Shown here piece after piece: positions 1 to 9,616 of a stretch of DNA of 64,000 bases. Location of the stretch: positions 1,592-65,591 of the forward strand of contig CAYRWA010000030.1 in NCBI GenBank assembly GCA_964427915.1, given 5' to 3'. Position 1 is the stretch's first letter. The number at the start of each line of letters is the position of its first letter. The stretch comes from an uncultured Caldisericota bacterium. GTDB lineage: Bacteria; Caldisericota; Caldisericia; UBA6126. The position numbers and the translations under genes are program-made. Below the pieces are notes generated by a model. It was not told the origin of the DNA, made no database searches, and saw only the letters and a list, made by a program, of their open reading frames with translations.

Positions 1-804
1 TTCGTCAATTGATTCTTTGTCTAAATCAATAATATAGAGAAGGATACGACATCGTTCTATATGCCGCAAGAATTGAAAACCCAATCCTTTTCCTTCAGAT
101 GCTCCTTCGATGATACCGGGGATATCAGCGATGGTAAATGTTTTTCCTATCGCAACCGAGCATACCCCTACGTTGGGCACAATAGTTGTAAAGGGGTAGT
201 CTCCAATTTTTGGTTTGGCATTTGTTATTTGCGAAAGCAAGGTAGATTTTCCAGCATTAGGAAAACCAACAAAACCAACATCAGCAATTGTTTTTAGCTC
301 AATGTAAAGTTCTTTTTCTTCACCAAGAGCTCCATTTTCAGCTATATGAGGAACATGTTCAATAGAGTTTGCAAAAGAGGAATTGCCTTTTCCGCCAATG
401 CCTCCTTTTGCTATTTCAACTTCATCACCATGTTTGCATAAATCAGCTAAAAGCTTTATAGAAGGAGTTTTTTCAGCACCTGATTCGACCAGGTTTTGAG
501 GGTCTGTTATTTCGTATATGAGTGTTCCTGGGGGGACGGATAAATACGTATGCTTTCCTTTTCGTCCATTTTTTTGGTTGCCCTCGCCAGGTCTGCCACT
601 TTGTGCAGAAAAGTATCGCTGGTTTTGAAAAACAGATAGGGAGGAAATACCCTGGTCAGCTCGGAAAATGATACTCCCACCACGGCCTCCATGACCGCCG
701 TCTGGACCGCCTTTTTGGATATATTTTTCTCGGCGAAAGCTAATACAACCATTACCGCCATTGCCAGCTTTTACACGAATTGTGATTTCGTCAATAAATC
801 TCAT
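1..804 (-). CDS. obgE: Obg family GTPase (runs off the window at the 3' end)
   Basis: Manual translation from ATG at 804: MRFIDEITIRVKAGNGGNGCISFRREK...GGPDGGHGGRGG, G1 GFPNAGKS, G2 DYPFTT, G3 DIPG. Not in the ORF track because the stop lies outside the window. Confidence 0.97.
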   Translation of the reverse strand, partial: MRFIDEITIRVKAGNGGNGCISFRREKYIQKGGPDGGHGGRGGSIIFRADQGISSLSVFQNQRYFSAQSGRPGEGNQKNGRKGKHTYLSVPPGTLIYEITDPQNLVESGAEKTPSIKLLADLCKHGDEVEIAKGGIGGKGNSSFANSIEHVPHIAENGALGEEKELYIELKTIADVGFVGFPNAGKSTLLSQITNAKPKIGDYPFTTIVPNVGVCSVAIGKTFTIADIPGIIEGASEGKGLGFQFLRHIERCRILLYIIDLDKESIDE

Positions 805-821
805 TGTGCTCCGTATTCAAC

Positions 822-854
822 AAAAAAAGCCCTTTCCAAAAAAGAAAGGGCTTT
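822..854 (-). terminator. Intrinsic terminator-like hairpin between rpmA and obgE
   Basis: Perfect arms AAAGCCCTTTC (826-836) and GAAAGGGCTTT (844-854). The A7 run at 822-828 gives a U-tract on the minus strand. Confidence 0.7.
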
Positions 855-873
855 GTATGGAAGATAGTTCTTT

Positions 874-1128
874 TTAGTCAACATCTGGATAAACAGATAC
901 TTTTTTACGGGATCGACCCCAACGCTCAAACTTGACTTTACCGGTGGCTTTAGCACACAATGTGTAGTCTCTTCCTTGCAATACGTTTAATCCAGGATAA
1001 ATCCTGCTGCCACGTTGCCGAACTATAATACTACCGCCTTGTGCTATTTGGCCATCGTATAATTTTACACCAAGGTATTTTGGATTCGAGTCTCTACCAT
1101 TTGTACCAGTTTTATTTTTTCTACCCAT
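874..1128 (-). CDS. rpmA: 50S ribosomal protein L27
   Basis: [28 protein letters not shown] motifs; AGGAG RBS; adjacent to obgE. Confidence 0.97.
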   Translation of the reverse strand: MGRKNKTGTNGRDSNPKYLGVKLYDGQIAQGGSIIVRQRGSRIYPGLNVLQGRDYTLCAKATGKVKFERWGRSRKKVSVYPDVD

Positions 1129-1202
1129 GCTAAACTCCTAACCATGAAAAATAAGATCGCAACTATTCAATATATCACAAAATAGATAATTTACAAATTG
1201 TT

Positions 1203-3518
1203 TCACAGAGTAATGGTTATCGTTTGTGTAGTACCTTCCCACTCGATAGAAGCACCAAACGCTTCTGCAATGAAACGTAAGGGTACAAATGTTCTCCCAT
1301 TTTGAATGACCGGAGGTGCTTCAAGGATGGTAGGGTTGTCGTCAATCTGAGCAATCGTTGAACCAATTTTCATGACAATTGTTTTTTCATTCAAAAGAAT
1401 TGTTATCGTTTGTGTAGTACCTTCCCACTCGATAGAAGCACCAAATGCTTCTGCAATAACACGAATAGGAACGACTGTTCTCCCATATAGAATAAAAGGA
1501 GCAGCATCCATTACTGTAGGTTCGTCGTTTATTCGGACTGTTTTGTTTCCTATCTGAAACTTGATAACAACAGTTTCTTTTGTTATGACAAAAAGAATGT
1601 CTAATTCTACATTCCCTCCATTGGAAGTGAAAACTATTTTTCCGGTATTTTCACCTGCATCTGCCTTTTCAGGATTAAACGTTAGGGTGATAGTTTTTTT
1701 TCTTCCTCCAAGAAGGGCAAAAGATCGATCAGATAATCGCAACCATTGTGCATCAAGTTCGATAGACCCGTCCATTCTAGCTTCGCCATCGTTGTAGATA
1801 ACGCAGTCGATATCCACCTTCTCTTCTTCAGCTTCTACATACAGAATGCCATCTTCTCTGATAAAATCACTTTCTAAACGTATAATGGCGGGTTCTTCTA
1901 TAATTTCTACTGTGACAGGAATTACAAAGCTCTCGCCGTCGAATTCAAATACGATATCTTCCTGATACTCACCAATAGATAGTGCAGAAACATCCAGTTT
2001 AACAGACAAAATTTTCTGTTCCCCACTTTTTAATGTAAAGCTATCTTTTTCCATAATGATAAAAGATGGAATGTTTTCGATAACGACAGATGCAGTAGCA
2101 TCCCCTTCGTTTGATATCGTAATGGACTCCTCTACTTCTTTCACTTTCTTTAAGGTTAAACGTCCTACGTTGATTTCTTCAATATCAACAATAATATCGG
2201 CTGCAATGATAGTAATGTGAACGGTGATTTCTTTATCTCCACCGTCAGACTTGATGTATATATTCCCAGTATAATCACCTGATTTCAATTTGCTTGTGCT
2301 GACACTAATTTTCAAATCAAAAGAATTCTCTGAAAAAGTTCGAGGAGTCGTTCGCAACCAATCTTCTGATGTAGAAGTAGTACCTGTTAGAACCCCATCG
2401 TATGCATTGGAGACCTTCACTGTCTGAAAAGAACTCTTACCCCGCTTTATCTCACCAAATTGAATTGTATTTGTTTCAATTTTTATTTGGGGCTGATGTA
2501 ATACCTGGAGCTGAAAGGGGACATCTTTTTGGTAATCAGCCCCTTTCAGGGTGATTGTTCCTCGATATATCCCTGGGTCAAGATTATCCGTTGATAAATT
2601 GATTGTATAGGCAGTTTCTGACAAGAAGGGTATTTGCAATGTTTTTTGGAGCGAAAGGTACGACTCATTAATGTTAATTTCTACAGAACCATCTTGGGAA
2701 CCACAATTGCGTATATGTAGCTCTGCTTTGGCGGAACTATTTGGCTTCATTTGTCCAAAATCAAGTTGATTGGGATATGAAGCTAGAACTGTTCCAAGGG
2801 GATTAATGTCGCCATTACCAAAATCGTAATAATCAGAATTGTCAATTCCAATGCGTGTTTCTACCCAGGAATATACCCGTAACATCTCGGTGGACCAAGT
2901 AGGATTAATTGCAAGCGAAACCGACGTCGAACCAGTTCCGCTAATAGAAGGCAGGAAACCTCCGTCTCTAGTAACAAAACGGTGACGTTTTTCTCCATTT
3001 TGGGCTTTTGTATAGACAAAATCTTCTACTAAGCAATACCATATTTCAGCGCCTTCAGGCACATCTTTATATTCGATCTGGAATGTAACTTCTGTGTCGT
3101 TGATGGTACTTTTGTCAATCGATATGGAGGAGTTGGCCCCCTTTGCTTTTGTATTCTTTATCACTTTTGTAAGACCATCGGAAGTTCTGTCGCTACAAAG
3201 TTTTGTATCAATGTAAAAAGAGGGGTAGGATGTCATAGATACTTTGTTAGCGCGTAATTGAGCAAATTTTGACACCATGTTATCGCCTTGAGGGGAGGGA
3301 TGGTGCTTGATAAGAATAAAATCTTTATCTCCATATTTTTCATACAGTGCATCAATAATTTCGCTTCCTCTAACACAAGGTCCGCACCAGGTGGCAGTAA
3401 ATTGTTCAACAAGAACCATTTTTTTTACAATCGCTTGTGTCTTTTCTAGGGGAAAGGGAATCAATAATGTTCCCACTGCTAACGATAGGCCTAGTAGGAT
3501 CGAAAGTAATCTTTTCAT
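1203..3518 (-). CDS. Secreted surface protein: Omp28/thioredoxin-like domain, Ig-like repeats, C-terminal stalk (copper amine oxidase N-like) domain
   Basis: Start MKRLLSILLG after GGAGG; signal peptide; EQFTATWCGPC motif; repeated beta-sandwich units; two APxI..GRTxVPxRxIAEAFGA stalk repeats. Confidence 0.8.
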   Translation of the reverse strand: MKRLLSILLGLSLAVGTLLIPFPLEKTQAIVKKMVLVEQFTATWCGPCVRGSEIIDALYEKYGDKDFILIKHHPSPQGDNMVSKFAQLRANKVSMTSYPSFYIDTKLCSDRTSDGLTKVIKNTKAKGANSSISIDKSTINDTEVTFQIEYKDVPEGAEIWYCLVEDFVYTKAQNGEKRHRFVTRDGGFLPSISGTGSTSVSLAINPTWSTEMLRVYSWVETRIGIDNSDYYDFGNGDINPLGTVLASYPNQLDFGQMKPNSSAKAELHIRNCGSQDGSVEININESYLSLQKTLQIPFLSETAYTINLSTDNLDPGIYRGTITLKGADYQKDVPFQLQVLHQPQIKIETNTIQFGEIKRGKSSFQTVKVSNAYDGVLTGTTSTSEDWLRTTPRTFSENSFDLKISVSTSKLKSGDYTGNIYIKSDGGDKEITVHITIIAADIIVDIEEINVGRLTLKKVKEVEESITISNEGDATASVVIENIPSFIIMEKDSFTLKSGEQKILSVKLDVSALSIGEYQEDIVFEFDGESFVIPVTVEIIEEPAIIRLESDFIREDGILYVEAEEEKVDIDCVIYNDGEARMDGSIELDAQWLRLSDRSFALLGGRKKTITLTFNPEKADAGENTGKIVFTSNGGNVELDILFVITKETVVIKFQIGNKTVRINDEPTVMDAAPFILYGRTVVPIRVIAEAFGASIEWEGTTQTITILLNEKTIVMKIGSTIAQIDDNPTILEAPPVIQNGRTFVPLRFIAEAFGASIEWEGTTQTITITL
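1216..1457. repeat. Near-identical 56-bp direct repeat pair in the stalk domain (1216-1271 and 1402-1457)
   Basis: GTTATCGTTTGTGTAGTACCTTCCCACTCGATAGAAGCACCAAA(c/t)GCTTCTGCAAT occurs twice, 186 bp apart, with one mismatch. Confidence 0.9.
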
Positions 3519-3845
3519 AGTATATCCTCCGACATTTTCAAAGATGGATTCGTGGTTCATATGATTCATATCGTACAAATTCTTACTTTTCATTTACATC
3601 TATGATACAAAGCATAGTATACCAAAAAACTTTGGGAGGGCTATGATGAAACAACAAGTTCGTTTTTTTCCTTTTTTTTTGCATTGGTTTTTTGTACATC
3701 ATGGCTTTGTTTTCGTAAAGCCTATACAAATAACTCACTGCAACTCTTTCCAACAACTTGCAAAAATTCCATGCAATGATTGAATGAAAGAATATTTTCA
3801 CAAGCTATTTGGTTGATTGATGCTGCAGTGTTTGAAACAACACGA

Positions 3846-3875
3846 AACCGTCCTTCTTTCTGGGGAAGGACGGTT
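3846..3875. terminator. Hairpin just downstream of the 3880 gene
   Basis: AACCGTCCTTC (3846-3856) and GAAGGACGGTT (3865-3875) form an 11-bp inverted repeat. Confidence 0.6.
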
Positions 3876-3879
3876 CTTT

Positions 3880-4941
3880 TTATGATTTCATGAATGCTTC
3901 AATAGCTGGCTCTACCTCATCAACAAGGCTATCAACAGAGCTTTTATGGCGGATGGTAAGATCTGTATCAATGAACATAAGGTAGGGGGCAGAACCCAAA
4001 TATAGAAGATTGGCTAATGTTTTGTCTCCATCATAGATGACGGGCTGATCTCTTGCATAATCTTTGACAAACTTAGCAGAGTCTTCTTCACCTGCGTCGG
4101 TTATAAATATGACCTCAACTCCTAAAGGAACTAGCAGGTCTCGTATAGTACCACACTTTGACTTGCATGTGCCACATCCTACGTCTACATAGATAAGGGC
4201 TGTTTTTTTGCCATACAAATCTTGCAAAGACCATTGTTTTCCATTCATATCAAAAGCTTGAAACGTTTTGACTTGATCCCCAACACTTGCTAGTGAAATT
4301 CCATTGGGAAAAAGCCTATCAAATTCATCTGCTCCCTTGGTATATCGAAATGCCACGGCGTAGGCTCGTAAGAAGCTATCTTTGAAATGTTCTGCAAAGA
4401 CGGTCAAGTCTTCTTCATCAGGTTGAAAAATGCCATTGTTTCCAACGAGATGTTCAAGGGACATTCCTTGAAGTCTTCTAAAGAATGCACCCGTATAGGC
4501 CTTAGAGCCTTTAATTGAAAAGGAGCCCATAAGGTTTACGGAATACACAGCCATTTGTGCATCAAACAGTACAGTGCCATCGGGGAAATTGGGAATAGGA
4601 AACTGCACGGTGTAACCTAATGCCCGTTGCATTCGGTTGTCCCAAACTTCAGCTAAGGAGATGCGAAAAGAATCATGGGTATTCACTCTGTCTTGCAGAG
4701 TGACAGGGTTGGCCACCGTAAATGCTGCCTTTGATGTGGCTATTAGCATTTTATGTAAAGAAGTGTCAGCAAAGAAGAATGCTTTGCCTACAAAGTATCC
4801 ATTCAGGAGAAGTGAAACAATGAGAACAATCACAATCCATTGCGCCTTTTTATGTTGTACAGGGGCATGGGCCTTTTTTTGTTGTGAGGTTGTAGGATGT
4901 GGTTCGTTTATAGGATTGTGGTTGTATTTTTTTCTAGCCAT
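3880..4941 (-). CDS. Membrane-anchored TlpA/redoxin-family protein with an uncharacterised middle domain
   Basis: N-terminal TM (WIVIVLIVSLLL). The C-terminal FQAFDMNGKQWSLQDLYGK...CGTC...APYLMFID fits a thioredoxin-like fold. Confidence 0.7.
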   Translation of the reverse strand: MARKKYNHNPINEPHPTTSQQKKAHAPVQHKKAQWIVIVLIVSLLLNGYFVGKAFFFADTSLHKMLIATSKAAFTVANPVTLQDRVNTHDSFRISLAEVWDNRMQRALGYTVQFPIPNFPDGTVLFDAQMAVYSVNLMGSFSIKGSKAYTGAFFRRLQGMSLEHLVGNNGIFQPDEEDLTVFAEHFKDSFLRAYAVAFRYTKGADEFDRLFPNGISLASVGDQVKTFQAFDMNGKQWSLQDLYGKKTALIYVDVGCGTCKSKCGTIRDLLVPLGVEVIFITDAGEEDSAKFVKDYARDQPVIYDGDKTLANLLYLGSAPYLMFIDTDLTIRHKSSVDSLVDEVEPAIEAFMKS

Positions 4942-6166
4942 GTTTAACAATTTCTTCCTTTATAAAAGATCCAAGACGCTTAATGCCTTCATCAATTAGT
5001 TCAACAGAAGGTTTTGTGAAATTTAACCGTGCGGTGTTTTGTCCAGTACCATCAGGGAAGAATGCAGAGCCAGGGATGTAGGCAACTTGATGTTTTTCAA
5101 CTGCTGTAGGAAACAGTTTTTGTGTATCCAGGTATTCCGGCAAGCTACACCACAAAAACATGCCGCCATCAGGGGGTAGGATCTTGGTTTCAGAAGGAAA
5201 ATATTTTTCTACTGCATCCAACATGGCTTGACATTTGACAGCGTAAGATTTGCGAATAACTTCGATATGAGGCCATAGATATCCTTTTCGTAAGTAAATA
5301 TCCGTCGCCATTTGAATAATAACAGGAGAACATAGGTCAACCGATTGTTTAGCAAGGCTTACTTTGGCAATGATTTCTTTCGGTCCAACAATCCATCCCA
5401 AACGATTGCCGGGCGCAAGAATCTTAGAGAAGGTTCGGAGGTAGACAACGTATTCGTTTGTTGTGTCAAGAGCTTTTAGGCATGGCAATGCGTCTCCTTT
5501 GTATCGGAGATCCCCATAAGGGTTGTCTTCAATAATGATGAAGCCATATTCTTTTGCCAAAGCGATTACTTTTTTCCTGCGCTCTAGACTCATGCACACG
5601 CCTCCAGGATTCTGAAACGTGGGTATGGTGTAGAAAAACTTGATACGTTTCCCTTCTTTTTGACGTCGTTTTACGATTTCTTCCAACTCTTCAACAGATG
5701 CACCATCCTTGTCAATGGAAACGCACTCAAAGGTTGCTCCGAATGTTTTGAAACTTTGGATGGCACTTAAATAGGTTGGTTTTTCTGTAACAACAATATC
5801 ACCATCTTCCACAAATACTTGCGTTAACAAATTAATGCCTTGTTGAGAAGCTGTTGTAACAATAAGGTGATCCATATCTATGTTTGTAATACCATCATTT
5901 TTTGAAATTTCGATTAAGGATTCTTTTAGCGGTCTGTAGCCCGGTGTTTCACCATATTGTAAAGCAATGGGGCCATTTTCTTCGCTTAATGCTTCGTTCA
6001 TGCATTCACGAAACTTCTCAATGGGAAATAGTTTTGGATCTGGTAAGCCACCCCCAAGGGATATGATTCCTGGTTGACTTCCAAGTTTCAGGAGTTCACG
6101 AATAATAGAAGATTTGACACGATTGGATCGAAGAGAAAAAAAATCATCATAATGTAACATACTCAC
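4934..6166 (-). CDS. PLP-dependent class I aminotransferase (LysN/2-aminoadipate transaminase-like)
   Basis: ISLGGGLP, PTFQNPGG, EDNPYGDL, TFSKILAPGxRLGW. Confidence 0.9.
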   Translation of the reverse strand: MSMLHYDDFFSLRSNRVKSSIIRELLKLGSQPGIISLGGGLPDPKLFPIEKFRECMNEALSEENGPIALQYGETPGYRPLKESLIEISKNDGITNIDMDHLIVTTASQQGINLLTQVFVEDGDIVVTEKPTYLSAIQSFKTFGATFECVSIDKDGASVEELEEIVKRRQKEGKRIKFFYTIPTFQNPGGVCMSLERRKKVIALAKEYGFIIIEDNPYGDLRYKGDALPCLKALDTTNEYVVYLRTFSKILAPGNRLGWIVGPKEIIAKVSLAKQSVDLCSPVIIQMATDIYLRKGYLWPHIEVIRKSYAVKCQAMLDAVEKYFPSETKILPPDGGMFLWCSLPEYLDTQKLFPTAVEKHQVAYIPGSAFFPDGTGQNTARLNFTKPSVELIDEGIKRLGSFIKEEIVKHG

Positions 6167-7398
6167 ACCTTCCTTTGTGTTTTGTTAAAATGAAACTTGT
6201 AAAACGAAAACTTCTGAGGATAACTGACTTCTAAAAAAACATATCCATTGTCAGCAATAGAAAACTCTGTTTTCGTGGTTTCTATTGTATGTTTTCGCCA
6301 AATGATGTTGTCTAGCCAGCTTAGTTCAACGATCCCTTTTTGAAAAGAACGTGGTCTAATCTCGCTAGTTGGTCTATATCTTATGAGAAGATGGGAATAA
6401 AAGATATCTGTTTGTTCTATTTGGTATCCAAATATTTTTTTGGTGTGTAACAAATTTCCTGAAAGACCATATAGTTGAACATTTTTATGTGTTCCTACTA
6501 AAATAGTATCTCTTTGATGGGAAAATGCTAAGGTTTGCAGTGCTTCTGTGCTAGTTCTTTCCCACAAAACAACTCCGTCAATATTGATCAGCAGGATGGT
6601 TGTTATCTCTGCATCCCCCTGCAGATGCGAAAAACTGATGCAAATATCTCCATTGTCATTGATGTCTTGCAAAAAGGGGTAGGGGTCAGAGGATGATTGA
6701 TTGGAAAAAGAAACTTGCTTGTTCCAATGAACAAATCCATAGTAACTTATGCATTCAATTGTACCCTCTTCTGTGGTCCAAACAAGAAGTTTCCCATCGG
6801 GTGATGGGGTGATATGATATCGGACATGGGTCGTTGGAAGCTGCTTAGGTTCTTCTATGGAAACTCCTTCAGAATTTGTTAAAAAATAGATGCTTTCTAA
6901 CTGTTTCAGAGAAGAAGCAAGATAACCAATTTTTCCATCCTGATAGACCCAGAAATTTTCAATATAATAGTTGTCCGGTTGGTAAAATTTCTCCCAACTA
7001 ATTCTCTGTTCGACTAAGTCTATGCAATACACTGAATAACACCGTACAAGTAAAGATGCTTCATCAAAAGAGAACTGAAGATCGAGAATTGGAAAATCAA
7101 ACTGGTGAGAGAAATGCTCCGCACCATCCTGGCTGTATACATGCACCATCCCATTTGTATCTCCAACTGCTACATAATTGCCTTTTGAGGATATTGTATG
7201 GGAGGCAATAGGACAATCTATTTCAATGTGCCACATTTCTTCTAAAACTCCTTGGGCAAAAGAATGCCTAGAGTACTGAAAATAGAAGAATAGGCAAACG
7301 ATCAATAGAATAAGAATCATATAAAAAGGCAATGTGTTTGGTTTCATCCTTATTGTCTTCATTGAAATAATTATAGGGGAAAAGAGTACCATTCTCAA
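6163..7398 (-). CDS. Membrane-anchored WD40/PQQ-like beta-propeller protein (start probably 7362 or later)
   Basis: N-terminal TM; repeated S.DG..V/L...G.V...S/D..G...W units. Confidence 0.6.
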   Translation of the reverse strand: MRMVLFSPIIISMKTIRMKPNTLPFYMILILLIVCLFFYFQYSRHSFAQGVLEEMWHIEIDCPIASHTISSKGNYVAVGDTNGMVHVYSQDGAEHFSHQFDFPILDLQFSFDEASLLVRCYSVYCIDLVEQRISWEKFYQPDNYYIENFWVYQDGKIGYLASSLKQLESIYFLTNSEGVSIEEPKQLPTTHVRYHITPSPDGKLLVWTTEEGTIECISYYGFVHWNKQVSFSNQSSSDPYPFLQDINDNGDICISFSHLQGDAEITTILLINIDGVVLWERTSTEALQTLAFSHQRDTILVGTHKNVQLYGLSGNLLHTKKIFGYQIEQTDIFYSHLLIRYRPTSEIRPRSFQKGIVELSWLDNIIWRKHTIETTKTEFSIADNGYVFLEVSYPQKFSFYKFHFNKTQRKV

Positions 7399-7459
7399 TT
7401 GAAATTCTTACAGCTTTATGAATAACTTTAAGAGTAGAATCATAAACAAAGGAATTGCC

Positions 7460-9610
7460 ATGATGGGACTATATTTTTTATTGGTATCACTGGTATCTGC
7501 TTGGATTGCTCTATATTTTTGCCTCCAATCAAACAGACATAAAGAAAAGTGGTTTTTCTTTTTTGTTACCATTACCACGCTGTCTGTTGTCATTTCTTTT
7601 GGATTGTATCTGCAGGCCTTTGTACAGAATCAGTTTCAAGTAGTGAATGTATTCAATCATTCGAATATTGCAATGAGTTTAACGCAATTGGTGGCATGTT
7701 CTTGGTCGGGGCAATCTGGATCTTTGTTTTTATGGCTTCTGTTCACGCAGATAACCCTATTAATAGCTTTGAAAGATAAACTTTTGAAGAAAGAAATTAG
7801 TTTTTTTATTTTGCTACTACACAGCTTGATACTTGTATTGCTTCTACAGTCACAACCGTTTCAGACACATTCCATGCAAGTCGTAGATGGCATAGGCATG
7901 AATCCTGTTTTAAGTCATCCTTTGATGGTCACGCATCCTCCTTTCGCTTTTCTTTCATACGCCTTTTTAGGATTGTATTTTAGTGTAGGCATGGGAGCTT
8001 TGCTGAAAAAACAAGAGTTTCACTGGATTCATCGCTATAACTATGCTTTGTATGTCGCCTTTTTGGGCCTTACAGTTACGATGGTGCTAGGATCTCTTTG
8101 GGCCTATGAAATAACCGGATGGGGGGGATATTGGTCGTTTGATCCTGTTGAGAGTGGATCTTTATCTCTTTGGTTTTTCGTACTTATGCTGCTTCATTTG
8201 TATCCATTTTTCCAAAAGTCCGGAAAAGGGCGAATATGGTTTTATCAGGTTCCGATATTTCTGGTATTCTCGATGTTTTATGTGAGTTTTTTGATTCGTT
8301 CAGGCCTTCTTGCCTCATTTACAGCTCATACCTATGCACAGGGAAGTTTAGTTGTTGTTTTATATGGTATTGTAGGAATACTTCTTATCATTCCGGGACT
8401 CTTTCTGTGGAAGACTTATCCCAAGTTATCTTTACCAGAAAAGCCAAAGATGCTTCTCAAGACGTATCCTGTGAAACACTTCATCATTATGTTCATGGGA
8501 TTCTTAGCCTTTCTCTTGTTCCTACAAGTTACAATGCCCGTTTTTGCAAAACAAACAGAACTCGCTTCAGTTTTAACCAAAGTTTTCATCGGGTTTTTTC
8601 TTTTTGTTCTAACACTCTGTCTGTATCAAGTGTTTCGGAAAGAAAGTTGCGCTGGTGTTTTTTTACGAGCCAACGCTTTTTCTCTAACAGGCGTAATATT
8701 TGTACTTTGGCACTATCCTCAACTACAAGATGTATCCTATGGCATTTTGTGTCTATACGTCGTATATATTGGTTTTTTGTGGAGTTTTTATTGGGTTCTG
8801 CGAACTTTACGAAATATTTCATTCCGTTCGGTGGGCTTATTGTTCGTACATTGTGCAGTAGGCCTCCTTTTGGTAGGAGTTTCTATAAATTCACCACTCC
8901 TATCGGCGCAGACCGTATTTCTAACTCCTGGACAAACTCATCAAGTAGGAGCTTATTTCTTTTCTCAAAAGAAAGAGCATAGCACTACCTCCATGTATTT
9001 GGGACAAAAGAAAACCTCTCTCATCGAATGTACTACCCCCACCAACAGAAAGAGAACCCTATATCCTTCTTTGTGGCACTATTCTCGCAACTTTCAAAAT
9101 TACACCCTTCCTGTTCCCGCCATGCTGTTTCATTGGAAAGAGGACGTACAAATGATTCCTTTTGCAGAATCTGGCACTTTGTTACATACAAATCAAAGCG
9201 TGCAAAGAGATGGCTATGAGTATAAATTGCTACGCTTAGAAACCAACGAACTAGAAAATGGTTTTGTTTTAGAAAAGGCTTCTTTGCAGATTAGCAAAAA
9301 CAATCATGGGGGTGAGATTGAACAGTTTTCTTTGCAGAGAGTGGTTCATCCAAGCGGAAAGCAGCTGACTACTTCATCAGTCTATACAGAGATTTTACAG
9401 GACAATATCCACTGGGTTGATACCGTTGAAAAAGATTCCATCGTTGTTGTAACAGACAAGGACCGGATTCAAAATAAATACGAGATACGGTTAAAACCTG
9501 GTATGTTTTGGGTACGTAACTCGTATTGGCTCATGATCATTGGCGGCGTGTTTTTGTTGATATCTCTGCTAGAGATGTATTTAAAAAAAAGAAAAAAACT
9601 CGTACAATAA
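7460..9610 (+). CDS. ccmF: Cytochrome c heme lyase, CcmF/NrfE family
   Basis: Polytopic membrane protein with WSGQSGSLFLW, GIGMNPVL, HPP and the WWD motif WAYEITGWGGYWSFDPVE; conserved His in LLH and TAHTY. Confidence 0.9.
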   Translation: MMGLYFLLVSLVSAWIALYFCLQSNRHKEKWFFFFVTITTLSVVISFGLYLQAFVQNQFQVVNVFNHSNIAMSLTQLVACSWSGQSGSLFLWLLFTQITLLIALKDKLLKKEISFFILLLHSLILVLLLQSQPFQTHSMQVVDGIGMNPVLSHPLMVTHPPFAFLSYAFLGLYFSVGMGALLKKQEFHWIHRYNYALYVAFLGLTVTMVLGSLWAYEITGWGGYWSFDPVESGSLSLWFFVLMLLHLYPFFQKSGKGRIWFYQVPIFLVFSMFYVSFLIRSGLLASFTAHTYAQGSLVVVLYGIVGILLIIPGLFLWKTYPKLSLPEKPKMLLKTYPVKHFIIMFMGFLAFLLFLQVTMPVFAKQTELASVLTKVFIGFFLFVLTLCLYQVFRKESCAGVFLRANAFSLTGVIFVLWHYPQLQDVSYGILCLYVVYIGFLWSFYWVLRTLRNISFRSVGLLFVHCAVGLLLVGVSINSPLLSAQTVFLTPGQTHQVGAYFFSQKKEHSTTSMYLGQKKTSLIECTTPTNRKRTLYPSLWHYSRNFQNYTLPVPAMLFHWKEDVQMIPFAESGTLLHTNQSVQRDGYEYKLLRLETNELENGFVLEKASLQISKNNHGGEIEQFSLQRVVHPSGKQLTTSSVYTEILQDNIHWVDTVEKDSIVVVTDKDRIQNKYEIRLKPGMFWVRNSYWLMIIGGVFLLISLLEMYLKKRKKLVQ

Positions 9611-9616
9611 ATATCT

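Noticed and set aside
507-761. 84-aa ORF (and 61..297 on plus)
   Set aside because: Out-of-frame or antisense to obgE.
3583-3801. Small ORFs and poly-T tracts in the 3520-3880 gap (72 aa on minus; Phe-rich ~46 aa on plus)
   Set aside because: Low-complexity sequence with no supporting motif; a leader peptide or phase-variation role cannot be supported.
8170-8982. 270-aa alternative-frame ORF inside ccmF
   Set aside because: No recognisable motif; explained as a shadow frame of a T-rich membrane-protein gene.
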